Shown: positions 1-12,546 of the stretch, piece by piece
Numbering within the stretch: the stretch's first letter is position 1
Layout: each line of letters starts with the position of its first letter
Position numbers and translations under genes: made by a program
Notes under the pieces: generated by a model
Database searches by the model: none
What the model saw: only the letters and a program-made list of their open reading frames with translations
What the model was told of the DNA's origin: nothing
DNA from: Octopus vulgaris
Taxonomy: Eukaryota
Direction of reading: 5' to 3'
Assembly: GCA_951406725.2 (NCBI GenBank)
Contig: OX597815.1
Span: forward strand, 175,894,001-175,958,000
DNA length: 64,000 nucleotides

Positions 1-134
1 AAACAATACGCACGAGCACAAACACATACATACCCACACATAAAAACATGCATCATTTTGGATCCTTTATACATACACACACATTCACACACATGTACAT
101 GTATGCATGGATGTACTCTGTGTGTGTGTGTGTT

Positions 135-167
<33 letters not shown>

Positions 168-390
168 GCACATACGTATTACGTAATATATGTATATGTA
201 TGTAGGTATGCATAGCGAGTTAATATTCTTTTCCTATTTTCAGGTATGATAAAAACAATTTTACATTAATCTGATGGGTTATTCAATACTTTTGTAGAGT
301 ATAAATTTATTACTCTTTAACAAGAATATGGCGATGGCGGCAAAACTGACAGAAACTTAGAAATCACTGTCGACAATACTGTTGTTGAAG

Positions 391-469
<79 letters not shown>

Positions 470-471
<2 letters not shown>

Positions 472-498
472 CATATACACTTATACACACACTCACAA

Positions 499-537
<39 letters not shown>

Positions 538-733
538 CCAATGATAATAATAAGGGTTATTACGAAGTGGCATATCATTACCTTTAATTCCTTTTTATAT
601 ATAGACCAACACATGTTTCTACTTTAATATTAAAGTGAAGACCCTGAGAAATCTGCACCGGTATTATCGTAAGTTTGCAACTACATCAGTTACTAAGCGA
701 TGCAGTAAGAACATGTGTAGGTCTATTCGAAGC

Positions 734-767
<34 letters not shown>

Positions 768-791
768 CATATACACTTATACACACACTCA

Positions 792-857
<66 letters not shown>

Positions 858-1052
858 AATGATAATAATAAGGGTTATTACGAAGTGGCATATCATTACC
901 TTTAATTCCTTTTTATATATAGACCAACACATGTTTCTACTTTAATATTAAAGTGAAGACCCTGAGAAATCTGCACCGGTATTATCGTAAGTTTGCAACT
1001 ACATCAGTTACTAAGCGATGCAGTAAGAACATGTGTAGGTCTATTCGAAGCT
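470..1052. repeat. Tandem duplication, period about 318 bp
   Basis: Near-identical unique block (ATACCAATGATAATAATAAGGG...GGTCTATTCGAAGCT) at ~535-734 and ~853-1052; the ORF track repeats MKTLRNLHRYY at 635 and 953. Confidence 0.9.
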
Positions 1053-1131
1053 CTGTGTGTGTGTGTGTGTGTGTGTGTGTATCTATATATAAAGGAATTA
1101 AAAGTAATGCTATGCCACTTCGTAATAATCC

Positions 1132-1140
<9 letters not shown>
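863..1140. repeat. Imperfect palindromic element interrupted by (TG)n
   Basis: 863-941 is the reverse complement of 1022-1043 plus 1081-1140 (e.g. TTATTACGAAGTGGCATA / TATGCCACTTCGTAATAA). Confidence 0.8.
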
Positions 1141-1169
<29 letters not shown>

Positions 1170-1376
1170 ATTATTATTATTATCATTATTATTGATATTA
1201 TATACTCCAGGAAACATATATGGTTAAGGTAATATATTTAGAGTTATCCAACGGAATATATCTCTAAATTCTTATCGTATGAGAATCATTATTGAATTGA
1301 TATATTAACCGTTGAATAACCTATTTTGAATACCCAACTGTGAGCGAACTGGCAAACATTTGGAGAATTACCCTAC

Positions 1377-1416
<40 letters not shown>

Positions 1417-1591
1417 TAAAGAATTCAGGTTAAGAAAATACGTGTTAAACACTGTATCGAAACCTTATTTGAGCACAAGTCCCAGGTCGTGTGTCTGCGG
1501 AGCACGTTCACCACTTATGGCTACCAGGAATCATCAGCGATACTTAGCAAACATCGTTGTAATAATTCCAGGTAGACGTTGGGTATATATT

Positions 1592-1802
1592 TATTTCTTT
1601 ATTACCCACAAGGGGATAAACATAGAGGGGACAAACAAGGACAGACAAACGTCTTAAGTCGATTACATCGACCCTAGTGCGTAACTTGTACTTAATTTAT
1701 CGACCCCGAAAGAATGAAAGGCAAAGTCGACCTCGGCGGAATTTGAACTCAGAACGTAACGGTAGACGAACACCCAACAAACGATTCTGCCAGATCGCTA
1801 CC
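1592..1802 (-). mobile_element. tRNA-derived SINE family A (Nin/Deu-like central domain), internally deleted, 13-bp TSD
   Basis: Reverse complement of 1828-2058; TTGGGTATATATT at 1579-1591 and 1804-1816. Confidence 0.9.
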
Positions 1803-1827
1803 TTTGGGTATATATTGAAGGTAAAAA

Positions 1828-2058
1828 GGCGGCGAGCTGGCAGAATCGTTAGCACGCCGGGTGAAATGCGTAGCCGTATCTCGTCTGCCGTTACGTTCTG
1901 AGTTCAAATTCCGCCGAGGTCGACTTTGTCTTTCATCCTTTCAGGGTCGATTAAATAAGTACCAGTTTCGCACTGGGGTTGATGTAATCGACTTAATCGC
2001 TTTGTCTGTCCTTGTTTGTCCCCTCTGTGTTTAGCCCCTTGTGGGTTGTAAAGAAATA
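1828..2058 (+). mobile_element. tRNA-derived SINE family A, full length with TSD
   Basis: A-box-like TGGCAGAATCG, B-box GAGTTCAAATTCC, central TTTCATCCTTTCAGGGTCGATTAAATAAGTACCAG; TATATATT(G/A)AAGGTAAAAAG on both sides; many copies in the window. Confidence 0.92.
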
Positions 2059-2904
2059 TATATATTAAAGGTAAAAAGAGAAGATGGAATGTATCAACAA
2101 AGAAATTTATATTAGCACAATAATTGTTTCATCTTCAGGATGCGCTCCTTCCTTGTGGGGCGTGGAACGATGCAATAGCACCAGATGCAACGCACAGTGC
2201 ATAGAAGACACACAATCCACATTGAACAGTGAACATGATGCTATCATTCCATACATTGCTATATACCCATAGACAGGTGGGGCATTTGTCCATGGACAGG
2301 TGTGGGGGCTTTTGCTAATGTGCTGTTTATTGTTCTGTGCCTCCATGTGTGTCTGAGTAGTCTTGTGTGTGCATGTAAGTGCAGCGTTGACGCGTTCCTA
2401 TATGCCTGTGTATGTATGTATGTGCTGAATGGAAGTCTCAGGTGTGTACTGATGTGTATATCTGTGTATGAATATGTGTGTGTGTATAATTATGAGAGTG
2501 TTTAAGTGTACTTGCCTGCAGACATGTGAGACTATGGGTGTTAATGTACATTTGGATTTGTATGTCCTGTGGTGTGGCTGTGATGGGGCATGAGGGGGGG
2601 GATATGTGAGCATTACGTGAGGGTGTGAGTGGGCCTGTGGCTGTATCTGCGTGGAGGCAGTGCTGATGTGACCTCTGTGTGTGTGTCTGGGTGGGTGAAT
2701 CTTTTTGCCCTGAGGGATGTATCCGTGTGTGTAGGTGTGTTTCTGTATGTGTGTATAACTGTGTGCGTGTGTGACTGACATGCATACAAGTGGTGGTGCC
2801 GAATATAGAGCCGAATAAAATTGTTTTAAATAACACACACACACACGAGATACACACACGAAGTACACATACACACACACACACACACACATGTATAAAT
2901 GATA

Positions 2905-3110
2905 TACTCATTTGATTGTGGCCATACTGGAACACCACCTTAAAGGCTTTTAGTTGAAGAGATCGAACGCAGGACTTATTCTTTGCAAGTTTGGTGCTCA
3001 TCATATCGATCTCTTTTGCCGAACTGCGAAGTAACGAGAAAGTAGACACACCAACATCGGTTGTGAAGCAGTGGTGGAGGACAAAATCCGACACAAAGAC
3101 ACACACACAA
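2905..3110 (-). mobile_element. SINE family B, partial
   Basis: Matches the 41743-41940 block (GTGGCCATACTGGAACACC, CAGGACTTATTCTTTG, CATCGGTTGTGAAGC). Confidence 0.75.
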
Positions 3111-3169
3111 ATACTCTTTTCTGGTTTATACCCGTGTTCAGCGGAACCTAAATATATTAGTTTTGCATT

Positions 3170-3206
<37 letters not shown>

Positions 3207-3389
3207 GAATGAGAAATAGAATAATATTGAGAAACTGACATGCAGACCTCGAAATATTGAAATTAATGAAATTCCAGTCCTCCAATGTATTTCATACATA
3301 TACACATAAAAACAAATACGTTTGATATATTTGTGAACGTGCGTATGTAATATATGATGGACTTCATTTGTGGTGGTGTGACAGGGGGG

Positions 3390-3451
<62 letters not shown>

Positions 3452-4092
3452 GAGCGTGGTAACATTCATAAAGTCGTTGTGCATGCGTTTGTTAAAATAC
3501 TGAAGACAACAAAAGAATATAACTGCCGGTTAATTACCATATAACGGTATTGCAAAAACTAGATTTGACCAGATTCTATTTATAGATGATTTATGTTGAA
3601 ACTAAGTACACTAAAGTTGTAATTACTATTAAAATAATATGTTTTATCTCAAATTTAGTTTTATAAATTATTATAAGAATTTCAACGATATATTTATGAG
3701 AAACGTGCTTCATTGCATCTATTGTAAAATACCAATCCACTGCAACGTTTAGATGACATGAGGTCCATCAGCACAATTTAATTAAAATATCATATCATAT
3801 TATATATATATTTTTCATCAATATTACAACTACTAGCCATAATTTAACGCTAATCATCAATGATCTTTGTATATTTAATGGTAAATTTTAAGAGTCCATT
3901 TACATGCGTGAACACATGGAAAACCATGTTCCAATATGAAAATTTAATTTAAATTAAATTAATTTAGTTTAATTTCTATAATTGAACTAATTGGATATGG
4001 AAACGGCTGTAGGACTGGAATTTCATTATTTGGATTTGAATATCTTTAAATAAACGGATGCCTGCATGTCAATTTCTCCACTTCCTTCTGTT

Positions 4093-4151
<59 letters not shown>

Positions 4152-4154
<3 letters not shown>

Positions 4155-4761
4155 TATGATAAAAAGCAAATTTTCTCTGCCTCCCAAACGGTTCGTTTTT
4201 TATACAATTGTACAATATAGAATTTCTTCAATTGGAATTTACCAACGATTTTTACAAGTAGATTCGATTGGGTCATGGCATGTAAAGTTTTTTTTTCTAT
4301 TTGACCCCCAATTAAGCAAAAATTCGAGAAAAGTAAATATTTTACGATTTGCTTCTCTAATTTCAACTGCTTCACTCATGCTATTACCATAATTACTCCT
4401 ACTTTCTCTTTGCAAGTGTACCTTAAACCACTACTAAAAAAAACACAGAGCAAACAGAAACAAATACATACATAACGATTTACTCCTCACACAATTTCTT
4501 CAATTAGAGTTTACCTAGGATTTTTCCAAGTACATTCCATTCGGTCATCGCATATAAATTTCTATCAATTTGACCCCCAATTAAGCAAAAATTCGAGAAA
4601 ACTCAATATTTTACGATTTCCCTCTCTCACTTCAAAGGCTTCACTCTGCCTATTACTCCCACTTCCTCTTTACACACATAGACACGCAAACATATACATA
4701 TATGACAGTGTCAATTGTTGAAAGAAAATTGTAAGCTAAGGTGTGTGTGTGTGTGTTTGTG

Positions 4762-4802
<41 letters not shown>

Positions 4803-7008
4803 CAGGGATGAGCCATTAAAAGTGGTCATCGTTTTTGCTAGAGGAAGATCCGCTATGGTCTTATATGCTACACCACTGGTTTTCAATTCATATTAATCAA
4901 ATTAATATTCAATTTTTCAACCCTATTATGTGTGTGTGTATTAGCAATTCGTATAAAATTGCATCAATGACTTGAGCTTGAATAAGTGGTTTCACATAAA
5001 TGGGGATAAATTAAAAAGGTTTGTTGTTATTATTATTACTGTTTGACTATTGTAATCACGTTTGTTGGTTCCTCGCCAGGGAATCGTTGTTGTGTTGCAT
5101 TTGTTAAATAATTGTAAACAAATTAATATTGGCTGAGATTAGGCGAACACAACGCATTGCCCTAGCTGTGGCATCATCTGGAATTGCAGCTACTTTGTTG
5201 CCAGGCGGCAGGACAGCTCACTCCACTTTCTAGCTTCCGCTTCACTTAGCGAAGACTGAGACACCAACTTGCAACATCAGTAACAGCTCCGATCAGGCAG
5301 AAGTCTTCAGACGATGCAAGCTTATCGTTTGGGATGAATGCACGATGGCCCACAGACGTGCTCTTGAGGCACTAGATAGATCTCTCAGAGACATCAAACA
5401 CTCTTCAGCTCCCATGGGAACCATAACACTTCTTCTTTCAGGGGACTTCCGACAAACACTTCCCGTTATTCCCAAAGGGACTAGAGCTGATGCAGTAAGT
5501 GCGTGTCTTAAGTCATCCACATTGTGGCCACTGGTGAAGACTCTCAAACTTCACACCAATATGCGTGCTCATATGCGACGTAATATCACATCAGCAGCAT
5601 TTTCTCACACCCTCCTTGCATTTGGCGAAGGCAAAATACCAGGGGATGAAAATGGTAATATTGCCATCGATTCCATTTGTACCATTGTTAAAACGCCTTC
5701 TGATCTCAGAGATGCAGTGTTCCCGAGCACCCCGGACTACCACCACACATTCTCAAACTTAAAGTTGGTGCCCCTATAATGCTCATTAGAAATTTGGTTC
5801 CCCCAAAACAATGCAATGGCACACGTTTGATCGTTAAGTCCTTATCTCCCAATCTGATTGAGGCCACCATTATCACAGGGTGCGGTCGAGGCAACGTTGT
5901 GCTCATACCTAGGATGCATCTTTTCCCATCAGGAGCAGACCTACCTTTCATATTTCGGAGGTCCCAGTTCCCAGTAAGGCCATGTTTCGCAATGTCAATT
6001 AAAGCGCAGGGTCAAACACTGTCTGTGGCGGGAATACATTTGGGAGAGCCATGTTCCTCTCATGGTCAGCTTTATGTTGGCTGCTCGCGTGTCGGCAGCA
6101 ATAGTGATGCTTTCGCATTCGTTCCACAACGAAAAACAAAAAACATTGTGTACAAGGAGGTTTTATAGGATTACTATGTTTCATCATTTTTGAACACGTT
6201 AGTATTTCACTTACATACGACTCTCTTTTATGATGGCATTTACATTTTTAGGCGTTTCATGACATTAATTCACACTTAACCAACACCTGTCCTTCGCTCA
6301 CCTCTATTTCTATCCATTCATCAATAAACCACCAGCCTCATCTTCTATATCCAACGTACATGACACATCTACCACCTACATCTACACTATCACTGTTAAA
6401 GTTTACACAAGCGACAACACGATCGCAACAGGCACTTTGGAAACTAAGCAACAGATAATTTTATACAACAACAAATTTAATCATAACGCCCATCAATGAA
6501 AACATCTCCACCACTGTGTTGTGATTCATCTAATCAGCACCACTACAGTCTTGCCGGTCTGGCATATGGTGAGTAGATGCTATTGTTCTATATTTTATAA
6601 TTTACCCATATTTACTTACCCATGATTCATTCCCCTCTTGCCTACATAGGGCATCCATTCTCTTTTAACACAGCATGAAGTTTTGTAACAGCACATCCGC
6701 TGCCGTTCGTGGAAAACGAAGAGACCCTAATCACGTGCGAACGTTTTACATCGACTTCCAAGACTATCAAATTCTTACAATTATGAGAACAATAACATGG
6801 CTCTTTTCAAGGCAACCTCGCATTCAATTCTTACACCATTCTACGAGGGGGTAGGAACCCCTTTACACGGCTTTCTATACACTTACAAATACATTCATTC
6901 GCCGTAAACTTATATCAATATTTGCCTGAATAATCATCATAATTCAGTGCAATCATTAACAGTACTTTCAAGCAATTCAGCCCCGAGCAACGCCGGGCAA
7001 TTCTGCTA

Positions 7009-7009
<1 letters not shown>
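4152..7009 (+). mobile_element. Helitron, internally deleted, inserted A|T within a (TA)n tract
   Basis: 5' A|TC at 4152; 3' GC-rich hairpin GCCCCGAGCAACGCCGGGC (6980-6998) then CTAG|T at 7006-7010; Pif1 remnant inside; (TA)n both sides; internal direct repeat ~4300-4378 / ~4569-4647. Confidence 0.85.
5129..6168 (+). pseudogene. Helitron RepHel Pif1-family helicase C-terminal half, disrupted
   Basis: Motifs AVASSGIAATLLPGGRTAHS, WDECTM, GDFRQTLPV, CNGTRL, QFPVRPCFAMSIKAQGQTL, HGQLYVGCSRV, NIVYKEVL; in-frame TAG at 5231, frameshift and internal deletion near 5730-5780. Confidence 0.93.
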
Positions 7010-7096
<87 letters not shown>

Positions 7097-7164
7097 TTAA
7101 TAAATAAAACATATGCATATATACATATATATATGTACGTACCTACCTCTACATGTATATATAC

Positions 7165-7970
7165 ATGCATATATGGGTACAGGACACCAAAAAAAACGTC
7201 GAACACAATTAGGAACGAAAACATAAACACAAAACCAAGGAACTGGACATTTTTCTTAAACAACGAAAAAATAGAGTACAGGACAAGTAACACAAGGAAA
7301 ATTCCCCTTCTTCAGTCGCCTTGGTTTCGACATTGTCCACCCTTGATCGTGGTTCTGGATGCGGTTTCTCTTGGTCATTTCTTTGGGGAGCTGTGGTGCT
7401 CACGTGTGCTGACGGCAGTCGCTAACCTCTCAGCAACCACTTTGAGAACTTGGTCAGGATGCCATTGATAGCAACGTTATCTAAGAACTGTTGGACAAAT
7501 ATAAAAAAATCTCTTCCAAGGACCTCCTTTTCCAGTGGGAGGCATGAACGGTGTCTCACTTTTGTGTCTCATGTGAAGATTGTCATGTGAGAGCCTCATA
7601 TTGTCTGGACAATTAATGGGACATGACGGAAGTGCGCAAGTATAATGCCTAACTATTAATCTTGCCCTTTTGCACACTCTTCGACCCCGCTCCCTGTTGC
7701 CCGAGCTCAGCAATTCCCATTGTTTGGCTCTTCCTTACGGCTTCTCAGACCTGCATCCGAATGAACTGATGCATCTCCTTAAAATGGGTCTTCACAACCT
7801 TAGTCGTTGTAACGTATCCCAAGCTGGCTCTGTCAGTTGCCATCATGCACACCAGTTGCAGGTTAAGGAGGTTTCTTCGCAATCATGTGGTCTCTGTTTC
7901 ATTTCTACTGAGCTGCACCTTATAAAAGTGTCATGTAGTATAGCTCTGGCCCCACCAGGGACTTGTGACT
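7165..7970 (-). mobile_element. Probable decayed Penelope-like 3' region
   Basis: Minus-strand T-rich tail ending at a microsatellite, resembling the PLE-type tails at ~31520-31700 and 50570-50780; no clean protein motif read. Confidence 0.35.
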
Positions 7971-8006
7971 GAAATTGATTGACGGAAACCGTGTGCAAGC
8001 CTGTCG

Positions 8007-8090
8007 TATATGTGTCTGTGTGTACGCGCATCTGTGTAAGTATATGTGTCTGTGTGTACGCGCATCTGTGTAAGTATATGTGTCTGTGTA
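8007..8090. repeat. 34-bp minisatellite, about 2.5 units
   Basis: TATATGTGTCTGTGTGTACGCGCATCTGTGTAAG at 8007 and 8041, partial at 8075. Confidence 0.9.
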
Positions 8091-9749
8091 TACACGTGCA
8101 CGCACAGAAACGGTGTCTGTGCCTGGTCTTTGTTTTCTTTCTCGCTCCTACGCACATTCACAGACAAAATTTTATGAGGCTGGGTTTGAAAGCATTGCCA
8201 ATATACTATTTTCGTTTTTGTATGGGAAAATTGAATGTGAAGAAAGATCTACTTTGTTGTATTAAAATCAAATGCATTACTTTTGGAAGTTGATAATAAT
8301 CACATGTTACGTAGAAATATTTTAATAAAAGGGATGAAAGCAATTGCTGACATTCACATTGTCTCAATCATAATTTTTCACATAGAATAATAAACGTTTT
8401 AAGCTATATTTATAATAAATTATTAAATATTTTCTGACTCGCCTGAAATAATATTCGCCCAACAATTCAATAGTTTTAAGACAATAAATACACTTTAAGC
8501 CATTGTGAAAGGCATTTAGTTGATTCAGTAGGCAGACATTTATTAAAAACTAATTCCTATAAAAATAAATGAAATTATATGAATAGTAAAACCTTTCAAT
8601 GTTTGAGACGATGTAACCTGTGAAGTGTTGCATAAGCCTGAGTCAGGTCAACAATGTGAACAAATATGAAAAGAAACTTTCTCGTGCAGCAAACATTATC
8701 CAGCTGACAGACTAGACTATGCTAACATACACACATACACACACACATACATACACGTATGTATGTACGTGTGCGTGTGTGTGTGTGTGTGAATGTGTGC
8801 GTATGTTTAGAAGTTTATGAAGAACTGATAATTATGTCTGGAGACTGATGACCTGTTAAAGAATGAATATTCCACAAATTAGATTAGAATGCCCATGTTG
8901 ACTGATCGTCGCTATGGTATTCATCTTAGAAAATACGCAATTGGTTCTGAATATTTCTACAAAACATGATGCAGGTAGTCGTCTATCTGGTAAAACTTTA
9001 TACTCAATACTTTCATATACATTTGAATTAATAATTTTAACTTTGAATTTTTTAAGTCTACAACATCTACCAACGAAGCTAGCCGGAAAATTATTCATAG
9101 AGTACAAAGTTTAATTATACATAAAAACAGGAGGAAGATTAACCATTAAATGCACAAATAAAGATAGTTTAAAACGTCAGTAAAAAATGACGTCAAGTGA
9201 AGTCAACATCCTGGATGTAAATTTAACAACATGAAAGTTGCTTTCTTCTCAGGAATTCAGCTTAAATGTGGTTTTAATTTTCTTTGCGTTTGTGAGACGT
9301 CGTTGATTTCAATGCAAATTCTTGAGCTGGAGACAGTGGGTTCGAATATATCTTTTGGATTTAACCAACGCAATTTCGTTCAATTAAAAACTAATAAACT
9401 ATTAGTATGTTGATAAAAGTATGTCCTAGATTTTAGTTAAACAAAATAGAAATACAAACATACAGATCTTATCTTTGTGTTTTAAATAAGGACAACAATT
9501 GAAGGTTATTTTATGGACACCAAAACTTCTCCACCTTCAAGATGAGACCGAGATGGAGCAAGAGAACAAAAATAGTATAATACGCCCAAGATGTAGTATA
9601 TTTTATGCCCTATATCTCCAGACTTCTAAATTGAAATTGAATTCAAGCCTCGTTCAAACCGACATTATCATTATTATTGGTGAATTGACTCAGGTTCATT
9701 CTTATTCCGAGTAGAATTTATGTGGGTAGCTGGTTACTTCTTGTAACCT

Positions 9750-10400
9750 TAGGTATTCACAAGCGTTCAATAGACTTTCAAGTGCTTAAAAACTCTCTGA
9801 TAATCTTTCCCGCCCCTAAGAGGCAACCTTTCTATTGAAGCTCTACAGAACATTCTCTTCTTATCTCTTTCAGTCATTTGTCTACATCTTCACTCACAGT
9901 TCCCAATGCATCAGTTATTACAGGCAAAACCTTTACAGTTTTCATACTCCAAATTCTTGCAATTTCATATTTTAAAGGATTGTGTTTTTAATTTTTCATC
10001 CCCTTTCTTTACAATCCTGGAATCAAACGGACATGATGGATTAATAAGCAAGCAACTTCACTTTTCCTTGTCAAATATTGTTGTGTCTGGTCTATTATTT
10101 TCTAACTTCTTATTCATTTGAATAGGAAAATCCCATAGAATTTTGCATTTCTCCGACACCAGCACTCTTTCAATCCAATGATCATACCATGTACCTCCAG
10201 CCTAACCCCCCGCTTTTGAAAAACTTTCAGCGTTAAATGTTCACAACTTGGTAATGCCCCCATTTCTTATATTCTCCCTGCATCAACTTATGACATTCTG
10301 CAGTGTGTGTCACTTTCTCATTCCAAATTCCAAATTATCATTATTGGAGACTGATGATGTCATTCCGTCAAAGTGGGAACGCAGGATCTTCTTGTTCAAA
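9750..10400 (-). mobile_element. R4/Dong-like non-LTR 3' fragment (restriction-like endonuclease), decayed
   Basis: Manual translation WYDH..ERVLVSEKCKILWDFPIQMNKKLENNRPDTTIFDK..CLLINPSCPFDSRI..ARIWSMKTVKVLPVITDALGTVS, with stops. Confidence 0.8.
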
Positions 10401-10604
10401 CTTTTGAATTTGAATTTCTATGTATCACTTTTCATTCTGAACTCGACAAAGACAGATAAGCTGTCGAAATAGCGTTGAAACCAATAAAGTATCTATTGCA
10501 ATCGCATCGCTTTCTTCGTATTGTCTATTCCCCTCTGTGAGGAGTTACGTCAATCCTTTTAAAATATTATCACCATCATCATTATTGTTATTACTATTGT
10601 TATT

Positions 10605-11263
10605 TATGGGTTTTTCTTCTTTCAAATTTGCTTCCATTTCTTGCCGAGTGTCTTCCCGACTCCTAGGGCAAAGAAACTCATAGTATACATTGGTAGGCCA
10701 TTAAACTAAACTCACTAGTACGTTCATTTTTTTTTTATAGAAATAAAGTTAAATTAAAATACATGGGTAGTAATAGTTCTCACATCGACAATGCTCTTCT
10801 CAATACGTGTGATGTACCAGTTAAGACAATCTTTTGCACTTCTTGCAGGGATGGTAAGCCAGGGATCATTCTCATATAATTTTCGGTTTCCTTCTTGATC
10901 ATTCCTAGTGCTCCTACGATCACTGGTATTGTAACCGCCTTGAGATGACACATTTTCTCAATTTCAACGAGCAGGTCTTTATATTTTCTGAGCTTGTCAA
11001 ATTCTTTCGCCGAAATATTATGATCACAGGGGATGCTCATGTCGATCAATAAGCAAACTTTATTGTTTTGGTCTTTCACAACAATATCCGGTTTATTGGC
11101 TTTGATGGTTCGATCTGTATGTACTGGAAAGTCCCACAGAATCGTTACATTTTATCCTTCAGTTACAGCTTCAGGGTGGTGATTATACCACTTGTCGGTA
11201 GTTTTGATATTGTAATGCCGACTTATTAGCCAGTGTAGATATTGGCCAATGACAGAGTTGGCC
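10605..11263 (-). mobile_element. R4/Dong-like non-LTR 3' fragment (restriction-like endonuclease) abutting (TAA)n
   Basis: GQYLHWLISRHY..KWYNHHPEAV..VTILWDFPVHTDRTIKANKPDIVVKD..LLIDMSIPCD..IPVIVGALG..QKIVLTGTSHVLRRAL; TTA repeats at both boundaries. Confidence 0.9.
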
Positions 11264-11270
11264 TTATTAC

Positions 11271-11311
<41 letters not shown>

Positions 11312-11312
<1 letters not shown>

Positions 11313-12003
11313 TTTTAATCTGCATGTTTGTTACAGTCACTTCCCGAGACACACCTAGTGTCTTGAAACATGTGAAGGATAAGATATGTTACAGTATGAC
11401 TGAAAGCTTGGGTTGGGGAAGTAGGGAAACATCTTCATGTAATACAACACAGACATAATTATTGAGAGAACAGCCATCAAAGTGACACTAGGGTAAAATA
11501 TACGAAGCCCAGTATACCCATCATGACTATCCATCTGATAAGGATACACCAGGCATCACAACCATATGTGCGCGACACAGTAATTTTATATCAAGTAAAA
11601 CAGTACATGGCCTTGCAGGTGGGGCCCTGCTAGAATTATCTTCAGGTCGAGTAGTCCATCCCAATCAAAAGGTCCCTGAATAAGTGCTGTTTAAGGATGT
11701 TGAACGAAACACCCTTGTTTCCAAAGGTGAATTATCCAAACTCCAAAAAATTCCTTTCAACAAATGGCTATGATGCTTTCCCACTACTTCTGCTCGTGAT
11801 CAGAGATACATATATTGTCAGCCAAGGGACATGCTCAACTGGCTACGGGCAAGCAACTGACAAGCAAATCTGTGGTATTAAGCAGAATATTTGCTGTTGC
11901 CCATCTTTTATATCAAGATAAAACAATGTACATGATAACACTTCCAATCAGTTAAGATCAGAAGCCATGAGAGCCATTGCCTGGCACTGCATCAGGGCAT
12001 TTA
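11312..12003. mobile_element. Non-coding interspersed element bounded by (TTA)n, possibly the 5' region of a Dong-like element
   Basis: GC-richer block sharply delimited by TTA tracts at 11264-11311 and 12002-12057 beside the R4-like fragment; identity is inference. Confidence 0.35.
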
Positions 12004-12009
12004 TTATTA

Positions 12010-12040
<31 letters not shown>

Positions 12041-12059
12041 TTTTATTATTATTATTAAA

Positions 12060-12272
12060 GCGGTGAGCTGGCTGCATGGTTAGCACGCCGGGCAAAATGC
12101 TTAGCGGTATTTTATACGTCTTTATGTTCTGTGTTCAAATTCCACCGAGGTCGACCTTGCCTTTCATCATTTTGGGGTCGATAAAATAAGTACCGGTTGG
12201 ACACTGCGGTCAATGTACTCGACATACCCTCCTCCAGAATTGTTGACCTTTTGTCAAAATTTGAAACCAATA
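12060..12272 (+). mobile_element. SINE family A variant with alternative tail (AAAATTTGAAACCAAT)
   Basis: Same head and GAGGTCGACCTTGCCTTTCATC core; different 3' end also seen at 25984-26206. Confidence 0.85.
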
Positions 12273-12335
12273 TTATCCATTCTGGAGATAATGAAATAGT
12301 ACAAATGGAAGCACATATATTTGAGATGCTATGTT

Positions 12336-12546
12336 GATTGGAATTTGTGACACAGGGCTACCAATTTCAGGGGTGGAGTTAAGTCGGTTACATCGACCCC
12401 AGTGTTTAACTGGTACTTATTGTATTGACTCTGAAAGGACGAAGAGCAAAGTGGACCTCGGCGGCATTTGAACTCAGAACATAAAGTCGGAAGAAATGCC
12501 GATGGGCAGTCTGCTCGGAGTCGTAACGATTCTGCAAGCTCACCAC
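12336..12546 (-). mobile_element. SINE family A variant, tail-to-tail with 12060-12272
   Basis: ACATCGACCCCAGTG..CTGGTACTTAT..GACCTCGGCGGCATTTGAACTCAGAAC. Confidence 0.85.

Noticed and set aside
1828-1915. tRNA gene
   Set aside because: The A/B boxes belong to SINE heads followed by the SINE body; no cloverleaf.
7290-7345. Minus-strand GAAAC...CTGAAGA as a hammerhead
   Set aside because: Order and spacing do not allow stems I and III to form.
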